Shown here: positions 29,580 to 40,019 of the stretch, piece by piece
How positions within the stretch are numbered: the stretch's first letter is position 1
Layout of the letters: the number at the start of each line of letters is the position of its first letter
Assembly: GCA_009859145.1 (NCBI GenBank)
Contig: VRVR01000023.1
Coordinates: 255,494 to 319,493, forward strand
DNA length: 64,000 bases
Reading direction: 5' to 3'
Source of the DNA: Andalucia godoyi And28
Taxonomy: Eukaryota; Protista; Jakobida
The notes under the pieces: generated by a model
Seen by the model: only the letters and a program-made list of their open reading frames with translations
Databases searched by the model: none
What the model was told of the DNA's origin: nothing
Translations under genes and position numbers: made by a program

Positions 29580-32500
29580 ATGTCGGACGCGGAAAGTGCA
29601 TCTTCAGCGGTGTCTGAGCGGTCTGCAAGCCCGGAGGCGACTGAGGAGGAGGAGCAGGAGCAGCTACAGGAACAACCGCAGGCAAATTCTCGTGCTGCGA
29701 AGAACGAGCGGCTTGCAGAATTGAAGCGCAAATTGGATGCAGACAAGTCCAAATCCGCAAAGGAGAGATTTCGGTTTTTGCTGCAGCAGTCTGAGATTTA
29801 CTCGCACTTTGTTACGGGAAACGGTTCAAAGGCTGAACAGTCCTTGTCGCCCAGAAAGGTGGCCAAAGGATCGTCTCGACGAGGGCGCATTACAGAAGCA
29901 GACGAGGACAGAGTGCTTGTGGAAGAAGCCTTGGACGACGAAAACAAGGACGAAGAAAAGCGCGAAGTTGTTGTTCACAGACTATTCGCGTCGCCGCCAT
30001 TCATTACTGGGAAAATGCGTGATTACCAGGTGGAAGGGGTCAACTGGCTAATCAAGCTGTATGATAGCGGGATTAATGGGATCTTGGCGGATGAAATGGG
30101 TCTCGGGAAGACACTGCAGACGATTGCGTTCCTGGGATATCTCAAGCACATGCGAGACGTTTCAGGGCCGCACTTGGTGGTGGTCCCCAAGTCCGTTCTT
30201 GGAAATTGGATGAGAGAATTCCAGCGTTGGTGCCCGTCAATGAAGGTGTTCCGATTCCACGGATCCCAGGAAGAAAGAGAGTCGCAACGCGAGGCAATGA
30301 TTCCGGGGGAGTTTGATGTGCTGGTCACAACGTTCGAGATGGTTTCGCGAGAGAAGTCGACCATTCGCAAGTTCTCGTGGAGATATGTCATTATGGACGA
30401 GGCACATCGCATCAAGAACGAAAAATCGCAGCTGGCAGTGGTGATGCGAACTTTCGATTCGCAGTATCGCTTGCTGCTGACGGGAACGCCGCTGCAGAAC
30501 AATCTGCACGAGCTGTGGGCGCTACTCAACTTCTTGCTGCCGGATATTTTTGATTCTTCCGAGGACTTCGACTCTTGGTTTCATGCGGAGAGCGGACAGG
30601 CAGAGACGGAAATCATTGAGCAACTGCACAAGGTTCTCAAGCCGTTTATGCTTCGTCGACTGAAGGTCGACGTCGAACAGTCCATCCCGCCAAAGAAAGA
30701 AGTGCTCGTCCATTGTGGTCTGTCGGAGGTTCAGAAAAAGCTGTACCGCAATATTTTGTTCAAGGACGTTGCTGCGATCAATGGCATTACTACTGACCGA
30801 GTGCGCTTGCTCAATATTGTCATGCAACTGCGAAAGTGTTGCAATCATCCGTATCTGTTCGAAGGAGTCGAGCCCGGTCCACCCTATACCACAGACATGC
30901 ATTTGATTACAGCCTCGGGCAAACTTGCGCTGCTGGATCGATTGTTGGCCAAGCTGAAAGCTCAAGGTTCACGAGTTCTCATATTCAGTCAAATGACCCG
31001 CGTTTTGGATATTTTGGAGGATTATCTTCTCTTCCGAGGCCATGAATATTGCCGCATTGACGGACAAACGGAAACGAATTCGCGGGAAGAATATATGGAC
31101 GAGTTCAACAAGGAGAATTCTTCAAAGTTTTGCTTCCTGCTGTCGACACGCGCTGGTGGCTTGGGAATCAATTTGGCGACGGCCGACGTTGTCATCTTGT
31201 TTGATTCGGACTGGAATCCTCAAGCGGATTTGCAAGCACAGGACCGTGCGCATCGAATCGGTCAGCGAAAGCCAGTTACTGTTCTTCGCCTCGTCACAGA
31301 AGGAACCGTGGAAGAAAAGGTTATCGAGCGAGCCATGAAGAAGTTGTTCTTGGATGCCATGGTCATTCAGCAAGGTCGTCTGGCAGATCAGACTTCGGCT
31401 GTTTCGAAAAATGAACTGATGTCCATGATTCGTTTCGGTGCGGAACAGATCTTCAAGTCGTCGGATTCAACCGTAACTGACGAAGACATTGACGTGTTGC
31501 TAGCCCAAGGTGAAGATCGGTTCAACAAGATGAATGCAAATTTCAAGCAAAACTGCACGAACAATTTGCTTGCCTTTTCGCTGACCGAAGACTCGTCGCT
31601 GTACACCTTTGAGGGTGTTGCCTTGTCGTCTGCTCCCACGGACACCGTTCGCATCTCTGGGTTGCCAGACGACGGGTCCGTCACAGTCGAGGATTTGTTG
31701 ACGGAATGCGACAAAAGCGGCACAATTTCTGGGTACAAGTACGATCCGACGAAGGGCTATGCCATGGTTCGTTTCGAATCCAAGGAAGGCGCCGTTTCCG
31801 CGGTGGAAGGCTTGAATGGGAAGTCGCCATTCAAGAGCGATATGCCGCTCGTTGTTGAGTTTACAAAGTCGAATGATTCCATCTTTTCCATCTCTCAGGT
31901 GAATGAATGGATGCCGAAGCGTGATCGTGGCCGGGCTGTCTATTCCGAAGATGCATATTACCGAGAAATCCTCTCCAATCGTCCCGTGGAGCCCGCACAG
32001 CCCAAAGGGCCTCGCATGCCCAAGCAGGTGACCGTGAATGATTTTCAGTTCATGAATAAGGCACGAATCGATGAACTGAACGAGAAAGAGCGCAACTTTG
32101 TTTTGGAGCACTTTGCTGCCAAAACGACAGCATCGCATCCGGATAACAAGCTTTCCGAAGCGGAACTGTCTGTGAAATACTCGCTGACTCCGGCGGAGGA
32201 AGAGGAGCGCAAGAAGTTGCTCAGTCAGGGGTTCCTCTCGTGGTCCAAGAAGGATTTTTATGCGTATGTTCGAGCGCTGGAAAAGTACGGCCGAAAGGAT
32301 GTTGAGGCTATTGCAAAGGATGTCGAAGGCAAAGGTGTAGACGAGGTTCGTCGGTACCATCGAGCTTTCTGGGAAAAGTATTCTGAGATTGCCGAGTACG
32401 ACAGGATTATCAAGCGAATCGAAAAGGCGGAAGCGCAGCTGGAGAAGAACAGCGCCATGCAAGCAGCACTGGAATGGAAGATCTCCCAGTATGAGAAGCC

Positions 32501-33029
32501 CTTTTTGGAGATGAACGTTCCGTACGGCACCAAGACGAAGTCGCCGTACACTGAAGACGAGGACCGATATCTGATCAGCATGACGGGCCAGGTTGGGTAT
32601 GGGAACTGGGAGACACTGAAGATCGAAATCCGAGCAGCATGGGAGCTTCGCTTCGACTGGTTCCTGAAATCCAGATCTCCTCAAGAGCTTGGGCGTCGGG
32701 TCGAGTCGCTGGTCCGACATATCCAGAAGGAGTATGAAGAGGAGCTTGCTCGGCAAGCAGAACAGAAGAAACGGTCCAAGACGCCAAACAAGAGGGAGCC
32801 AGCGGCTTCGGCGTCCGAGAGTACGCCAAGGAATTCGGCGAAGAAACGATCTGCTTCCGAGGATGATTTGACGAAGACGGGATCTGGGAAGAAGGGCGCA
32901 AAGCCGCCAGCATCTGCAAAGAAGGAAACGCCGAGCAAAGGATCCGCAAAGAAGCGGTCTGCTGCGGAAGCGGAGATCGAAGTGAGTGTCACGTCATCTG
33001 CGAAGAAGATTCGAAGGGCCAAAGAGTAA
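29580..33029 (+). CDS. ISWI: ISWI-family chromatin remodeller (SNF2H/SMARCA5-like) with an inserted RRM
   Basis: MRDYQVEGVNWL, ILADEMGLGKT, DEAHRIKN, LTGTPLQNNL, STRAGGLGINL, QAQDRAHRIGQ; HAND-SANT-SLIDE region (GFLSWSKKDF, YTEDEDRYL, DWFLKSRSPQEL). Confidence 0.96.
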   Translation: MSDAESASSAVSERSASPEATEEEEQEQLQEQPQANSRAAKNERLAELKRKLDADKSKSAKERFRFLLQQSEIYSHFVTGNGSKAEQSLSPRKVAKGSSRRGRITEADEDRVLVEEALDDENKDEEKREVVVHRLFASPPFITGKMRDYQVEGVNWLIKLYDSGINGILADEMGLGKTLQTIAFLGYLKHMRDVSGPHLVVVPKSVLGNWMREFQRWCPSMKVFRFHGSQEERESQREAMIPGEFDVLVTTFEMVSREKSTIRKFSWRYVIMDEAHRIKNEKSQLAVVMRTFDSQYRLLLTGTPLQNNLHELWALLNFLLPDIFDSSEDFDSWFHAESGQAETEIIEQLHKVLKPFMLRRLKVDVEQSIPPKKEVLVHCGLSEVQKKLYRNILFKDVAAINGITTDRVRLLNIVMQLRKCCNHPYLFEGVEPGPPYTTDMHLITASGKLALLDRLLAKLKAQGSRVLIFSQMTRVLDILEDYLLFRGHEYCRIDGQTETNSREEYMDEFNKENSSKFCFLLSTRAGGLGINLATADVVILFDSDWNPQADLQAQDRAHRIGQRKPVTVLRLVTEGTVEEKVIERAMKKLFLDAMVIQQGRLADQTSAVSKNELMSMIRFGAEQIFKSSDSTVTDEDIDVLLAQGEDRFNKMNANFKQNCTNNLLAFSLTEDSSLYTFEGVALSSAPTDTVRISGLPDDGSVTVEDLLTECDKSGTISGYKYDPTKGYAMVRFESKEGAVSAVEGLNGKSPFKSDMPLVVEFTKSNDSIFSISQVNEWMPKRDRGRAVYSEDAYYREILSNRPVEPAQPKGPRMPKQVTVNDFQFMNKARIDELNEKERNFVLEHFAAKTTASHPDNKLSEAELSVKYSLTPAEEEERKKLLSQGFLSWSKKDFYAYVRALEKYGRKDVEAIAKDVEGKGVDEVRRYHRAFWEKYSEIAEYDRIIKRIEKAEAQLEKNSAMQAALEWKISQYEKPFLEMNVPYGTKTKSPYTEDEDRYLISMTGQVGYGNWETLKIEIRAAWELRFDWFLKSRSPQELGRRVESLVRHIQKEYEEELARQAEQKKRSKTPNKREPAASASESTPRNSAKKRSASEDDLTKTGSGKKGAKPPASAKKETPSKGSAKKRSAAEAEIEVSVTSSAKKIRRAKE

Positions 33030-33097
33030 AATAGAAGGAAGTGTGTTCTTTCGTCCTCCGTGTGCTGTGGTTTATCATGTGATCACAAAAAGAAAAG

Positions 33098-33218
<121 letters not shown>

Positions 33219-33231
33219 CACCGCGACAGAG

Positions 33232-34179
33232 CTACGAAACAGAGCACTCGATACCGCAGTTCAAAAGCCTGATTTGCTGTCTGTACAGCACGGAAAACGA
33301 TATCATTTTGTGCAAAAACTCGGCATGTCGTTCATCTGCAGGGGAAACTCGGATGCACAAGAGCGAGGTCCCGGAGAGGATCCGCCATGGAAGACGCTCG
33401 GCGGTCGCCGGGCCTTGGTCATCGTCGAGACCGTGATTCCAGGACGGTTGCACCAAGAGCACACTCGACTCGCGAACCAATCTCAACTGGTTGTCGAAGT
33501 GTCGATAAACGTAGTCGACGGTGCTTTCGTCGTCGGTGCACTCTGGCGGGATACACACGATGCACACGGCAGGCAATTCCAGTGCAGATTCTCCGGGGTA
33601 ATTCACCTCCAACTGAACACTCACACCAGCACCCGCACCGTCTCTTAGCTGAATCCTGTGCGTTGTAACGAACCCTGAAGCAAACACCCTCGGATCCGTG
33701 CGAAATTCGCGAAACTCCGGGAAGCAAGAGAGCACCGACACAGCAGCCTCGCGATCCTGCGGCGTATGGCAAAGCAGTACCTTGAAAACAGGCAAAATCG
33801 TCCTTGCTGTTTGACGTCGTAAACTCGCACTTGCATTCAACGCATTGCAGCAAACGGCTCGGCTGGAAATCACAGATGGGTTCTTCGGCAGCAGAAAGTG
33901 CCCAACCAAGCCCATTGGCCCAACATGGTGCTCACATCGCATCCTCCAGTACACATCGAATTCGTCGCACGAAATCAACTGCTGAAAAAGCGAGTTTGTC
34001 AATCCGAGCTTCGCAACGCAGGTTACGTCGAGAAACGTCATGATGCGGACCAGTACGCCATTCGTCATTTCGTCCGGAAACAAGGATCTACCACTGTCCT
34101 CCACGCTCGGTTCAGACGACACCAGCTCGGTCTCGACCGCTTCCTCTGTGAAGCCGAAACACGCTCTAAAGTACTGCAT
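33232..34179 (-). CDS. F-box plus RWD-like domain protein (~315 aa)
   Basis: LFPDEMTNGVLVRIMTFLDVTCVAKLGLTNSLF..YWRMRC is F-box-like; EAAVSVLSCFPE..VQLEVNYPGES..P is RWD-like. First in-frame ATG at 34179. Confidence 0.65.
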   Translation of the reverse strand: MQYFRACFGFTEEAVETELVSSEPSVEDSGRSLFPDEMTNGVLVRIMTFLDVTCVAKLGLTNSLFQQLISCDEFDVYWRMRCEHHVGPMGLVGHFLLPKNPSVISSRAVCCNALNASASLRRQTARTILPVFKVLLCHTPQDREAAVSVLSCFPEFREFRTDPRVFASGFVTTHRIQLRDGAGAGVSVQLEVNYPGESALELPAVCIVCIPPECTDDESTVDYVYRHFDNQLRLVRESSVLLVQPSWNHGLDDDQGPATAERLPWRILSGTSLLCIRVSPADERHAEFLHKMISFSVLYRQQIRLLNCGIECSVS

Positions 34180-34532
34180 CCACCATACCTTTCTCCTCAC
34201 TCCGTTTCGTTTCCTCCGTCCGTTTTCATAAAAAAAACTAATTCGTGTGGTGCTTCGACTCGCATGACTTTCGGAGAGTCAAAATACTACGGGTGCCAGA
34301 TACCGGCACACTGCTAGGGGCAACTTCTGGACTTTATCTCTTTGGCAAAATGCTTGAAACCTAACGTAGAAGCATTTTTCTTTTCTTTCTCATCCGTTCA
34401 GAACCAAATATAAATGAAAGCCTCCCTTTTCTCTTCCACGATTCCGCCTTTTATTTGTTCTTATTTTCGCTTTGAGAGGCGGCCACTCTCTTGGAGGCAT
34501 GTGCAGCGGTAATAGATCGAGACTGGAGCCCC

Positions 34533-34771
34533 TACATCGTACGCTAATCCATGGATAATCATCGCTGATCACCCATAAGCAATGTTGCAACCCAACAACA
34601 TGCATAATGCCACGCGGCGGCGTGTTCATAGGGATTTCATGATCAAAATGGGAGGCGAAACGAATCGGGCATCGTGCGACGGAGTTGCCAAGATAGCAAA
34701 CGCATGCGCATGGAGCGTGGCAGTGTTTTTGTTTTACGTGCGCTTTAGATTGCTTCAGCATATCGCAATAA
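34533..34771 (+). repeat. Dispersed ~238-bp repeat, copy A
   Basis: Aligns with the reverse complement of 46370-46606; manual count 14 substitutions and 2 single-base indels (~93% identity). Confidence 0.92.
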
Positions 34772-35137
34772 ACGGCAGCGGCGCGCGCGATATTTATTTG
34801 AAGAACTCGGTGCGCATGCAGACGAGTGATTCAAAGGATCGGTTGCCATGCAGCATGGTAACAGTACCAGTTGGAGCCAATTCGCATTGATGCAGTGCAT
34901 CGCAGCCGTCCTTTCGCAAGACTGTATTGATACATATACATATATAATACATTGTCCAACGATCTACGCACGCTTTCAAAAATTTGAGAAGTAAGACGGG
35001 AACGAGTCAAAAAAGCAGCAGGAAGCATAGTAGCACACAAGCAGCAAACATATAGGAGTTGGCCATAGTGAACGAGGGATGAGAAGGGCACAGAAAAAAA
35101 GTAAAGAAGATAAAGAAAAAAAGAAAAAAAGAAAAGG

Positions 35138-36178
35138 CTAGACAGCCGAGAGTCCAAAGAGTCGCCTGAAAACCTCGAGGAGCGGGAGAGAGATCATGGA
35201 ATGCGGACCTAGCCGAGCAAAGTTTGGCAGCCAGCCGCGGAAGAGAGCTCTGGACCCATCGAATCGCACTGTCTTTAGCAAGCAATCGAGTGCCGAGCTG
35301 TACGCAACGGTCCTATTCATGTACCGAGTCTTTACGACGTCTGCTGGATTCGTCGCGGTTGTCGTGATGAGTGCCGCGAGCACCGCACAAGACAAGTGCA
35401 GCTGGAACCCTTCCTGCATCCATCCGTGGTCCAGGATCGCGTGTTTGATATGGTCATAACTCGCCAGCTGGGCGGAGGTCAGGATTGCCGCGCGCACGAC
35501 AGTTGGCCCGAGCCCACGATACAACCCTCGGAACCCTCCCTCGTGCCTGTACACATAGAGGAACCCACCGAACGTCGATCCCGAGTATGGCAGCGGCGCA
35601 TTCGGACGCTCTGCCTGCATTCGGATCTTCACAATATCCGTCGGATTCGCGACCGCCGATCCAATCGCGCCCGACAGCAGCCCCGCCGCGATTTTTCCCC
35701 CAAGCGTTGCATGATTACTGTTAGCATTGTTCGTGGTGCTGCTGTTGCTGTTCAACAATGACGGTGTTGTCGTCGTGTTCGATTTCGGTGACGAAGACGA
35801 CGACGACGAAGAAGACGAAGCACGGGAAGTTGCGAAAAATGGAATATTCGCGAGCATGTGTTTGATGGGGTCATATGCTCCCATTCGTATGGAGGAATAG
35901 ATGATTTCACGAAGACAGGACGCCGCAAGTCCGCGAGTCCAGAGCGTAAGGACGCCTTCTGACCGAACGATTTCTCGGATCGCAGAAGAAAATGACAACG
36001 TCGGTCGGTGGCCATGCTGCAAGGTAGCTGTTGTGGCAAGCTCATTGGTCGTCACCATGCGGACCTTGACGAGATCCGCGGGGTTCAGAAGCGCAGAACA
36101 CAGCGCACATGAAAGTCCGCCAGCTGCAAACTTTAGCACCACTGATTCATTTGTACCGGCAGTGCTGTTGCTGGACAT
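35138..36178 (-). CDS. Mitochondrial carrier (SLC25), UCP/dicarboxylate/oxoglutarate subgroup
   Basis: Three Px[DE]xx[KR]xR motifs (PADLVKVRM, PTDIVKIRM, PADVVKTRY); LREIIYSSIRMGAYD, QLASYD, RLGPH; ATG at 36178. Confidence 0.93.
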   Translation of the reverse strand: MSSNSTAGTNESVVLKFAAGGLSCALCSALLNPADLVKVRMVTTNELATTATLQHGHRPTLSFSSAIREIVRSEGVLTLWTRGLAASCLREIIYSSIRMGAYDPIKHMLANIPFFATSRASSSSSSSSSSPKSNTTTTPSLLNSNSSTTNNANSNHATLGGKIAAGLLSGAIGSAVANPTDIVKIRMQAERPNAPLPYSGSTFGGFLYVYRHEGGFRGLYRGLGPTVVRAAILTSAQLASYDHIKHAILDHGWMQEGFQLHLSCAVLAALITTTATNPADVVKTRYMNRTVAYSSALDCLLKTVRFDGSRALFRGWLPNFARLGPHSMISLPLLEVFRRLFGLSAV

Positions 36179-37176
36179 CGCCACTCTGCACAGCGCCTCC
36201 CAGATCAAGCAAGCACACAACAACACCCAATCCCCTCTCGAAATAATACTGTAAAAAAACAAAACAGAATAATAGTGATGTAGCTTTTGCTATCCGTCCC
36301 ATCTGCCATTCGCCACTCTCTCTCCAGCAAGCAAGCATCAAGCCGCAAGCACAATGTTGAGGAATTTCATTTTTTCTTTCTTTAAATGAAACGTTTGTGA
36401 ACCGACATGATGATAATCATGATGATGATGATGATGGATAATAATAATAATAATAATAAGCATCCTGGCTTTTCCTTGCTTCCTTCTTCGTGGGCTTGTT
36501 TCTTGCTTCATGTTGGCGATGTTGACACTGCCGTCAGAATCTTGCCTTTTTCGTATTCCATCAATGCTTCGTTTCTTGCAGGCGTGATCGTTTCCACACC
36601 ATACATGAAAGATCCCGGATGAAGGTGAAACATGATGGAGGAAAAAAAAACATAGCACAAACAACAGCGGAGTGTCGATCACGACGCACATTCACTGCTT
36701 GACTGTTTCGTAATTGGCAACCTCGTGAAAAAAGCCATATTTGTTTTCCATCCATCTATTGCGTGTCTTTTTTCCTCTGTCTCCTTTCTTCCTTTCCCCT
36801 CCACTCGGCTTTGATACCAGCGACTCTGGCTACAAAAAGCCCAACTAACAAGAGTGGTGCGTGGGACGATGCAGTATAACAGGCGATGCGAGATGATGAT
36901 GATACATGTATGAATCATAGATGGAGTGCGAAAAAGAAAAAAAAGAAAGTGCAAAGTGCAAGTTGACGTTTCCTTGACGTCCGAAAGTCCTCATCCACTC
37001 CAAATCCATCATCTTCTTACAAACTGTGTATATATATATATATATTTCTTCTTTCTTCGTTCCCTTTGCCGTTTCCTTTCCTTTCCTTCCTTCCTTTTTC
37101 TTTTCATTTATTACATATTTATATATATATTTGACGCACACTGCATACGAGAGAGAGAGAGAGAGAGTAGTGGAAA

Positions 37177-38471
37177 ATGTCGCACCCCAACTCTGAGCTT
37201 GTTCCGATTACAAGGGACTTTTTTTGCGAAAGTTTTATGAATCGTATCCCGTTCCATCGTACGTCAATGGCGATGAAGTGTATCAAACCCTGCTACTGGA
37301 CTCGCTGAATGCAATGGATGCGATTGTGCAGTCCCCAGCGTGCCCAGAGTCTATCAAGCACAAGCTTCTTCGCGAGATTCCGAAAAAGATTGACGAAAAC
37401 TTCTTTAGAATGCGACAGCAATTTGAATGGATTTCACTGCTTACAAAGGAGTATGCAAATCAGGCTGGGCATCCGCTGTCGGCAGTTTCGCAGCTTGCAG
37501 CAGAGTGTCTTGAGCGTGTTCATAAGCACCAGGAAGCAACGGCAGCGGCGGTGACAACTCAGGTCCAGAAATTGCTTCCGAATGACTGGAGGATGTCGAT
37601 CATGAAGAAGAAGCGTACGCAAAAGGAGCACAAGAACCAGAAGGATCTGGAGGAGATGATGAAGAAGCCGTCTTACACCTTGGATACAAAGTATGATTTG
37701 CTGTGGCAACAGCAGATGGAACGCAGAGAGTCGTTGGCCGAGCTTGGAAATTCATCTGGCATCAAGAAATTCTTGATTCAAAAGGTTGGCGGTGTGCCGC
37801 AAGTCCTGCTGGACTTTGTCAAACAGATCAATCATGCAGAGGGTCCAATGGAGGAAATGCGCATCAAGTATGGCCCACGTGTTTACTCGTTTACAAAACT
37901 AGCAAACGCACTGCACATCCAAGCAGCCGTGTTGGCCTCGACAGATGCAACATTGTCGTCTGCAGTTGATCAGGAGCGCATCGCGCATTCCATGAAGGTC
38001 CTTCACCAGGAGATCCATTCCTTTATGGATTTCATGTACAATCTGTTTGAAAAGTCGCCGTTCTTTATTTCTGCAGCAGATGCGCGGGAAGCCTCGGGCC
38101 AGCATCCTCTAGCCGAACATGGAATTGCCGCTCGGGAAGTCTACGACGAACATGTCGAAGTGGCTTCAGATGACATCCAGCACGGCGCCACGCTATCCGT
38201 GCGGTTCCACGTGGATCACAAGGACATCAAATTTGGAATCTGGCTCGGGGATGTGGAGGTCGTTTCATCGCGTTCTGTGGATCACAAGGAGGGCGAGGTG
38301 AATGTCGAGTACAAGCCCGTCAAAGCAGGGACGTACATCATTCGCTGGGATAATACCTATTCCCGCATGACATCCAAGTTGATCCACTATGACATCCAGC
38401 TGACAAGCAAGCAGTCCGAACAGTCTGGACAATCCGTGCAGACAATGCAGCCGACACCAGTCTCTGCGTGA
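37177..38471 (+). CDS. Helical-domain plus C-terminal GOLD-domain protein; contains an apparent -1 frameshift at 37219-37225
   Basis: C-terminal GOLD domain (DIKFGI..KAGTYIIRWDNTYSRMTSK). ATG 37177 gives MSHPNSELVPITRDF, which continues as LRKFYESYP only after a frame change at a T7 run. The junction recalls the N-terminus of plant At5g01010-like GOLD proteins (LxPITRxFLxxYYxxYP). Confidence 0.75.
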
Positions 38472-38666
38472 TTTGTCAAGAGAGGATCAGCATTGCGGCT
38501 TCTTCACACGTGTATTAAAAAGTAAATAAAAATACATAAAAACAAGCATACATTCACCACAAAAAAAAAAAAAAGGAGAGAGAAAGAGGGGAAAGGAAAA
38601 GGAAAGAAAGAAAAAAGATCGAATAACGGAAGGAAGCGGGGCGGTGGGCGGAGAGCATTTCCAAAA

Positions 38667-40019
38667 TTACAGAGACAACTTCCAAGCCGACGATCCCAAC
38701 GCTTGAATCTTGCTCAAAGACCTTCGGACAAGGAAAATGTACAGCAGCACCCCAAACGATAGACAAATGATGGAAATGACGTTGAAACCGTCATGAATGT
38801 TTGTGCACTCCGGCGGAGCGAGCCCGTCGGCCGACTCGATGCAGAATTTGACTGTCAAATAGTCGGCGAGCCACAGTGTAAAATACTTTGGCCAAGTGCC
38901 GCCGAGATTGGAAACCGTGTTGAGGAACGTCAAATAAGTCCCTCCAATCGACGCGTCTGAGATTTTTGCAAAAAACGCACCCTGCGAGACAAACATGAAC
39001 TCCGTTGGCAGCGCGTACATCAACAGCGACGCAAACAGCACATACACAGGAACCGGATACCACTTCACAAGCATAAAGCCGGCAGCGGCAGACACGAGTC
39101 GAAGCCCATAGCCGATGATCCACGGTCGAAGTGGCTTGTTTGGATCACTGGATGCAAATCGTCCAGCGTAGATGGAGAACGCGAACTCGAACGGAAACTC
39201 CAGCAAAACCAATGAAGCCATGTCCGTCATCTTGAACCCTTTCTCGATGAGCTTCAAAGAATTCAAGCTGTCCGCGGCGGAAAACGCGACTTTGGAAATC
39301 AGCAATACTGCGCAGAGTCTTCGGATGCTGGGAAGCTTCAGTAGCTTCCACATCGCCGTGTATGTGGACCGGAGGCCCAGTGAATCTGCCCCATTGCACT
39401 CGCGGACAAACATCAAAACAACCGACAGTGCGATATTCGCAACACCGATAAACAATGCAAATGCTTCGAACGTCACATATCCATATTCTCGCAGACCCAG
39501 AAACACGGTGAATGAAATGAAGTATCCGAGAGACAGGCCCACTGACTGACAGGTCCCGGCATGGGAAACGTTGGCGGGTGACAGCAGAGTCAGTCCCCAT
39601 CCATCCACGGCAATGTCTTGTGTTGCAACAAAGAACACGATCAGGAACGATTTCCATGCAAGCGACGCAGCGGAATCCTCGGACATGAATCCAGGAACCC
39701 AAAAGAGGAACATGAGACCCACAATCGCCTGCACTGGAACGATCCAAGACTTGCGTCTCCCGAACGACTCGACATACATGCTATCCACAATCGGGCTCCA
39801 CAGCAGCTTGAGCGAGTACGGATACGAAGCGAGCGAGATGGTTGCTAAATCGCTGTAGGAAAACCGAGGTTGCAGAAGGAACGGAAGCGCACCCGTGATC
39901 AGTCCCATCGGAAGACCTTGCACAAAATACATCGTAGCAAGCAGGAACACTTGGCGCCACTCCTCTCGTAGCCGCGACCCACCAACCGACCGCTTTTTAT
40001 GCTCCGTCTCCGATGTCAT
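38667..40019 (-). CDS. SLC33A1: Acetyl-CoA transporter 1 (MFS)
   Basis: YFVQGLPMGL, YPYSLKLLWSPIVDS..GRRKSWIVPVQ, ATQDIAVDGWGLTLL, IGGTYLTFLNTVSNLGGTWP. Confidence 0.93.
   Translation of the reverse strand: MTSETEHKKRSVGGSRLREEWRQVFLLATMYFVQGLPMGLITGALPFLLQPRFSYSDLATISLASYPYSLKLLWSPIVDSMYVESFGRRKSWIVPVQAIVGLMFLFWVPGFMSEDSAASLAWKSFLIVFFVATQDIAVDGWGLTLLSPANVSHAGTCQSVGLSLGYFISFTVFLGLREYGYVTFEAFALFIGVANIALSVVLMFVRECNGADSLGLRSTYTAMWKLLKLPSIRRLCAVLLISKVAFSAADSLNSLKLIEKGFKMTDMASLVLLEFPFEFAFSIYAGRFASSDPNKPLRPWIIGYGLRLVSAAAGFMLVKWYPVPVYVLFASLLMYALPTEFMFVSQGAFFAKISDASIGGTYLTFLNTVSNLGGTWPKYFTLWLADYLTVKFCIESADGLAPPECTNIHDGFNVISIICLSFGVLLYIFLVRRSLSKIQALGSSAWKLSL

Noticed and set aside
34170-34229. uORFs upstream of the F-box gene (MKTDGGNETE*, MVDAVL*)
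   Set aside because: The true start and TSS are uncertain and no splice model joined them in frame; too weak to call.
34390-34890. Small ORFs shared by the two repeat copies (MLQPNN.., MLKQSKAH..)
   Set aside because: An indel shifts the frame between copies and no protein motif is evident, so the similarity is at the DNA/RNA level.
36262-37176. Long intergenic gap searched for RNA genes
   Set aside because: Only ATG/AAT/TA/GA microsatellites and pyrimidine tracts; no extended pairing.
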